Source: Roseiarcus sp. (GTDB taxonomy: Bacteria; Pseudomonadota; Alphaproteobacteria; Rhizobiales; Beijerinckiaceae). Taken from it: 64,000 nucleotides of DNA. Shown in pieces: positions 60,919 through 64,000 of this stretch. Below the pieces are notes generated by a model that did no database searches, had not been told where the DNA came from, and saw nothing but the letters and a program-made list of their open reading frames with translations. Location of the stretch: NCBI GenBank assembly GCA_050012775.1, contig JBEKGN010000028.1, forward strand, positions 559-64,558, written 5' to 3'. The translations under genes and the position numbers were made by a program. The first letter of the stretch is position 1, and each line of letters opens with the position of its first letter.

Positions 60919-61311
60919 TCAGTGAGGTCGCGCTCTTGACGTCCGGCGTTTTGGCTCGTCGTTGTTTTGGCGGGGCACGCGAGACGGGGATGAGGTCCTG
61001 GGGAACGATCCGGCGAAGCACAGGCCACAAAGCCCGCGCGGCTCGATCAGGATCGCCGCGATCGATAGTACGCCCAGCGGGATGAAATGCCAGACCCCGA
61101 TCTCGGCGAGATATTGGCGGATCGGAAGGAACACGATCGCGGCGATGATGGGGCCTTCAAAACCGCCGATGCCGCCGATCACGACGATGAAAATCACATA
61201 AACGGTCCAGTCGGCGATGCGGAAGGACGCCGCCCGCTTCGCCGGGGAAAGGCGCCGCCCAAAGAAAGCGATGAGACACGTCTTCCCGCTCAGCTGGCCC
61301 GTTTTCGACAT
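60919..61311 (-). pseudogene. LivM-type branched-chain amino acid ABC permease C-terminal remnant
   Basis: Only the segment YVIFIVVIGGIGGFEGPIIAAIVFLPIRQYLAEIGVWHFIPLGVLSIAAILIEPRGLCGL resembles the last about 70 aa of LivM. The flanking residues are junk, and no upstream TM segments remain. Confidence 0.55.
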
Positions 61312-61572
61312 CCCGGCGTTCGGCTCAGGGCGCGCATGAAATGATTTGCCATCAAACTATCTCCCGTATACACTCACCCGTAGACAAAGAAAAAAGGGCC
61401 CATTGCGGCGCCCCGAGCGGCTCGATCGCTCGGCGGCCGTCGCGGCGGCGGTTCGGTCTGGCCGGGGGCGCGCTCGCTCGCCGCCGGGCTGAAAGAGGGA
61501 GGGTCGGGAGGTGAACAGGACGGCCCCTGCTGTCAGCGGCGCACTGCACCCGCGCGATGAGTTGCCGCGGCG

Positions 61573-62445
61573 ATGAGCGCGTCGTACCAGATCCTGTTCG
61601 ATTTCGTGTGGGTGTCGACGAGCCTGGCGCTCGTCGCCTTTAGTCTCGGCCTGATCCTGGGCGAGTTGAAGATCGTCAATGTCGCGCAAGGCGACCTGAT
61701 GATGGTCGGCGCCTATTCGATGTACGCCCTGCGCGACTTGCCGTTCCTGGTCGGCGTTCTCCTCACTTTCGTGTTCGGCCTGGCGCTCGGCTTCGTGCTC
61801 GAGCGCGGCGTGCTGCGCTGGGTCTACGACAAGGGATTCATGACGACGCTGCTCGCGAGTTGGGGCATCGGCATCGTGCTCGAACAAACCGTCGCGGCGA
61901 TTTTCACGGTGTCCCAGAAAGGCGTCGATGCGCCGCTGGCGGGACAGATCGCGCTGGGAGGGTTTTCCTATCCCGCCTATCGGGTCGCCGTCGCCGCCGG
62001 CATCATCGTCCTGCTCGCGGCGCTGATGCTGCTCCTCTATCGCACCTCGCTCGGGCTGCGGCTGCGCGCGTCGATCGACAATGTCGAGATGGCCGCGCTG
62101 ATGGGCATCTCGCCGCAACGCACCTTCGCCATGGTCTTCGCGATCGCGACCGCGCTCGCGGTGCTGGCGGGCGCCCTGGTCGCGCCGACGCTGGCCATCA
62201 GCCCGACGATGGGCCTTTCGTATCTCGCGCCGTCGTTCTTCGCGGTGCTGATCGCCAAGCAAGGATCGCTCGCTGGCCCGATCGTAGGCGCCGTCGCCGT
62301 CGAATTCACCTTCACGCTGCTGCAGGCCTATCTGAACGTCACACTGGCGGAAAGCATCCTGTTCGGCCTGCTCGCGATTTTCATCGCCATCAAACCCCAG
62401 GGCGTCTCGTGGTCCTGGAAGAAAGCAAGGAAGGAAGCGCAATGA
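61573..62445 (+). CDS. branched-chain amino acid-type ABC transporter permease (LivH-like)
   Basis: 290 aa, polytopic. IVNVAQGDLMMVGAY and the LRASIDNVEMAALMGI block. Confidence 0.88.
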   Translation: MSASYQILFDFVWVSTSLALVAFSLGLILGELKIVNVAQGDLMMVGAYSMYALRDLPFLVGVLLTFVFGLALGFVLERGVLRWVYDKGFMTTLLASWGIGIVLEQTVAAIFTVSQKGVDAPLAGQIALGGFSYPAYRVAVAAGIIVLLAALMLLLYRTSLGLRLRASIDNVEMAALMGISPQRTFAMVFAIATALAVLAGALVAPTLAISPTMGLSYLAPSFFAVLIAKQGSLAGPIVGAVAVEFTFTLLQAYLNVTLAESILFGLLAIFIAIKPQGVSWSWKKARKEAQ

Positions 62446-63695
62446 ATAAGGATGGATCATCTGGCTACGACAACTCGCTCGGCGCGCCCGTTTCCCGGCG
62501 CGCCTTCGCGCGCGGCGCGGGTCGCCTCGCCTTCGGGCTGGCGGGCGCAGGCGCCTTCGGTGGCCTGACCGGCTTCGCCGGGGGCGCGCAGGCCGCCGCG
62601 TTCAAGGGAGCGCGGCCGTTCAAGATCGGCTTCGTCGCGCCGCTGACGGGTCCGGTCGCGCCGGAAGGAATCGCCATGCAGCGCGGCTTCGAACTCGGCC
62701 TCGAGGAATTGAACGCCGCCGGCGGCATCGCGGGACAGCCGATCGAGGTCGTGCGCCAGGACGATCAAGCAGTGCCGGCGGTGGCGGGCACGGTGCTCAA
62801 GAAGTTCATCCAGGAAGACGGCGTCGACATGGTGGTCGGCACGATCACCTCGGACGAGGAAACCGTCGCGAGCCAGATTTGCGCCGCCTACAACGTCCCC
62901 GTCATGTTTCTCGAAGCTGGCTTCTGGATGCCCTTCTGCAAGTCGACCTGCGTCTTGCTGGGCGAAACCTCCTATTCGCTGCTTGGCCCGCTGGTGCCTT
63001 TCATGGCCGAAAAATTCGGCAAGAAGTTCCTGCTGATCGGCAGCGACTTCGAATTCCCGCACCAGTATCTCAACGTCGGCAAGAGCTTCATCGCCAAGGC
63101 CGGCGGCAGCGTGGTCGACGAATTCTATGCGCCGCTCGGCACCGCCGACTGGTCGAGCTCGATCGCCAAGATCAAATCGGCCGCGCCCGACGTGATCCTG
63201 TCGGCCGTCGTCGGCGGCGACGCGATCGCGTTCGTCAAGCAGGCCAAGAGCTTCGGTCTTCTGCCGGGGGCGCATTTGACCGGCATCACCCTGCAGCCGG
63301 AGTTCTATCCGCCGATGGGCGACGCCGTCGACGGCCTCTATACGGTCAGTCGCTACAGCGAGGAGATCAAGACCGCCGGCAACGCGGCGTTCATTGCCGC
63401 CTACAAGAAGAAGTATGGCGAGGGGCCGATCCCGCTGGTCGGCGTCACCGCCTATTACTCGCTGCGCTTCGTCAAAGCGGCGGTGGAGAAGGCCGGGACC
63501 TACGACCGCAAGGCTGTGTTCGAGGCGCTCAAGGGCGTCGCCGCGACGACGCCCTTGTCCGATCAACCGCTGACCCTCAATCCGAGCAATCTCTCGGTCG
63601 ACTATCCGATGTATGTCTGCCAGATCCAGCGCGGCGGTCTGTTCAAGATCGTCAAGGATCTCGGCGTGGTCTCGGCCGGCCTGAAGACGTGCTGA
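62442..63695 (+). CDS. Tat-signal ABC substrate-binding protein (LivK / Peripla_BP_6-like)
   Basis: The start forms an ATGA overlap with the livH-like stop. SRRAFARGAG twin-arginine leader. KIGFVAPLTGPVAPEG, typical of the Leu/Ile/Val/amide-binding family. Confidence 0.88.
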   Translation: MNKDGSSGYDNSLGAPVSRRAFARGAGRLAFGLAGAGAFGGLTGFAGGAQAAAFKGARPFKIGFVAPLTGPVAPEGIAMQRGFELGLEELNAAGGIAGQPIEVVRQDDQAVPAVAGTVLKKFIQEDGVDMVVGTITSDEETVASQICAAYNVPVMFLEAGFWMPFCKSTCVLLGETSYSLLGPLVPFMAEKFGKKFLLIGSDFEFPHQYLNVGKSFIAKAGGSVVDEFYAPLGTADWSSSIAKIKSAAPDVILSAVVGGDAIAFVKQAKSFGLLPGAHLTGITLQPEFYPPMGDAVDGLYTVSRYSEEIKTAGNAAFIAAYKKKYGEGPIPLVGVTAYYSLRFVKAAVEKAGTYDRKAVFEALKGVAATTPLSDQPLTLNPSNLSVDYPMYVCQIQRGGLFKIVKDLGVVSAGLKTC

Positions 63696-63708
63696 CGCCG
63701 CCGCGCCG

Positions 63709-64000
63709 ATGTCATGGCAAAAGGCCCGAGAACGATCGCGCGCGCATCGGTTCGCGACGTTGAACGGGCGCGCGACAGCGGCCAGGTCTTTGCGGCCTGG
63801 CCGCGTTCTGGCCGCTCTCCTGTTGGCGATCGCGGCGCTCTGCCCGTTCTTCCTCAACGAGTTCAAGGTCGGCCTGATCGCGCTCGGCCTCACATACGGC
63901 CTGTTCGCGGTCGGTCTCGACCTGGCTTGGGGCCGCGCCGGCATCATCTCGATCGGCCACGCGGTGTTCTTTGGCCTGGGCGTCTACGGCGTGGCGATTG
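63709..64000 (+). CDS. LivM-like ABC permease, 3'-partial (runs off window)
   Basis: Not in the ORF track because it is open-ended. My translation from ATG 63709 reads MSWQKARERS...RVLAALLLAIAALCPFFLNEFKVGLIALGLTYGLFAVGLDLAWGRAGIISIGHAVFFGLGVYGVAI. Confidence 0.75.
   Translation, partial: MSWQKARERSRAHRFATLNGRATAARSLRPGRVLAALLLAIAALCPFFLNEFKVGLIALGLTYGLFAVGLDLAWGRAGIISIGHAVFFGLGVYGVAI

Noticed and set aside
1-64000. I looked for CRISPR repeats, IS or transposase genes, integrases, phage genes, toxin-antitoxin pairs, reverse transcriptases and rRNA.
   Set aside because: I found no regularly spaced direct repeats. No ORF carries DDE, tyrosine-recombinase, serine-recombinase or RT motifs. This was inspection by eye, so short degenerate repeats could have been missed.

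Overview
This is a high-GC, gene-dense chromosomal segment with alphaproteobacterial (Rhizobiales-like) gene content. I support about 55 protein-coding genes, one tRNA-Arg(TCG) and two gene remnants. I saw no rRNA, CRISPR array, transposase, integrase or phage genes.

Content in order:
- Two large GGDEF-EAL c-di-GMP proteins, and an unusual sedolisin (S53) protease.
- A small convergent module: alpha/beta hydrolase, DUF2267 and CapA.
- ccmAB divergent from acnA, DUF2332, and an alpha-glucan phosphorylase.
- ubiE-ubiB, coaBC-dut-rrf2-cysK, an AGE epimerase and hemW.
- infC, which appears to use an ATT start.
- An MFS transporter, then a TetR-MFP-RND efflux operon.
- HAD hydrolase, metallophosphoesterase, uxuA, Yip1, and modBC without modA.
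- A complete fixL-fixJ-receiver-fixK oxygen-sensing locus.
- DUF485-actP, purC, DLH, EamA, an outer-membrane beta-barrel, GNAT and an IlvD/Edd dehydratase.
- tRNA-Arg followed by a catabolic-looking cluster (SDR, MarR, ThDP enzyme, 2,4'-dihydroxyacetophenone-dioxygenase-like cupin), two decayed gene fragments, and a Liv-type ABC transporter that runs off the window.

I did not find a clear novel multi-gene system such as a defence island. The observations most worth follow-up are:
1. The sedolisin has no signal peptide and is fused to three Ig-like repeats and an 11-Cys acidic tail. It also has a structured AT-rich leader.
2. Four FixK/FNR-type boxes sit at class-II-promoter geometry upstream of poorly characterised genes and of the receiver-fixK pair. 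This suggests a local low-oxygen regulon.
3. A ModE-type Mo-box precedes a modBC pair that lacks modA and the ModC TOBE domain.

Many long ORFs in the six-frame track are antisense shadow ORFs typical of high-GC DNA, and I rejected them.
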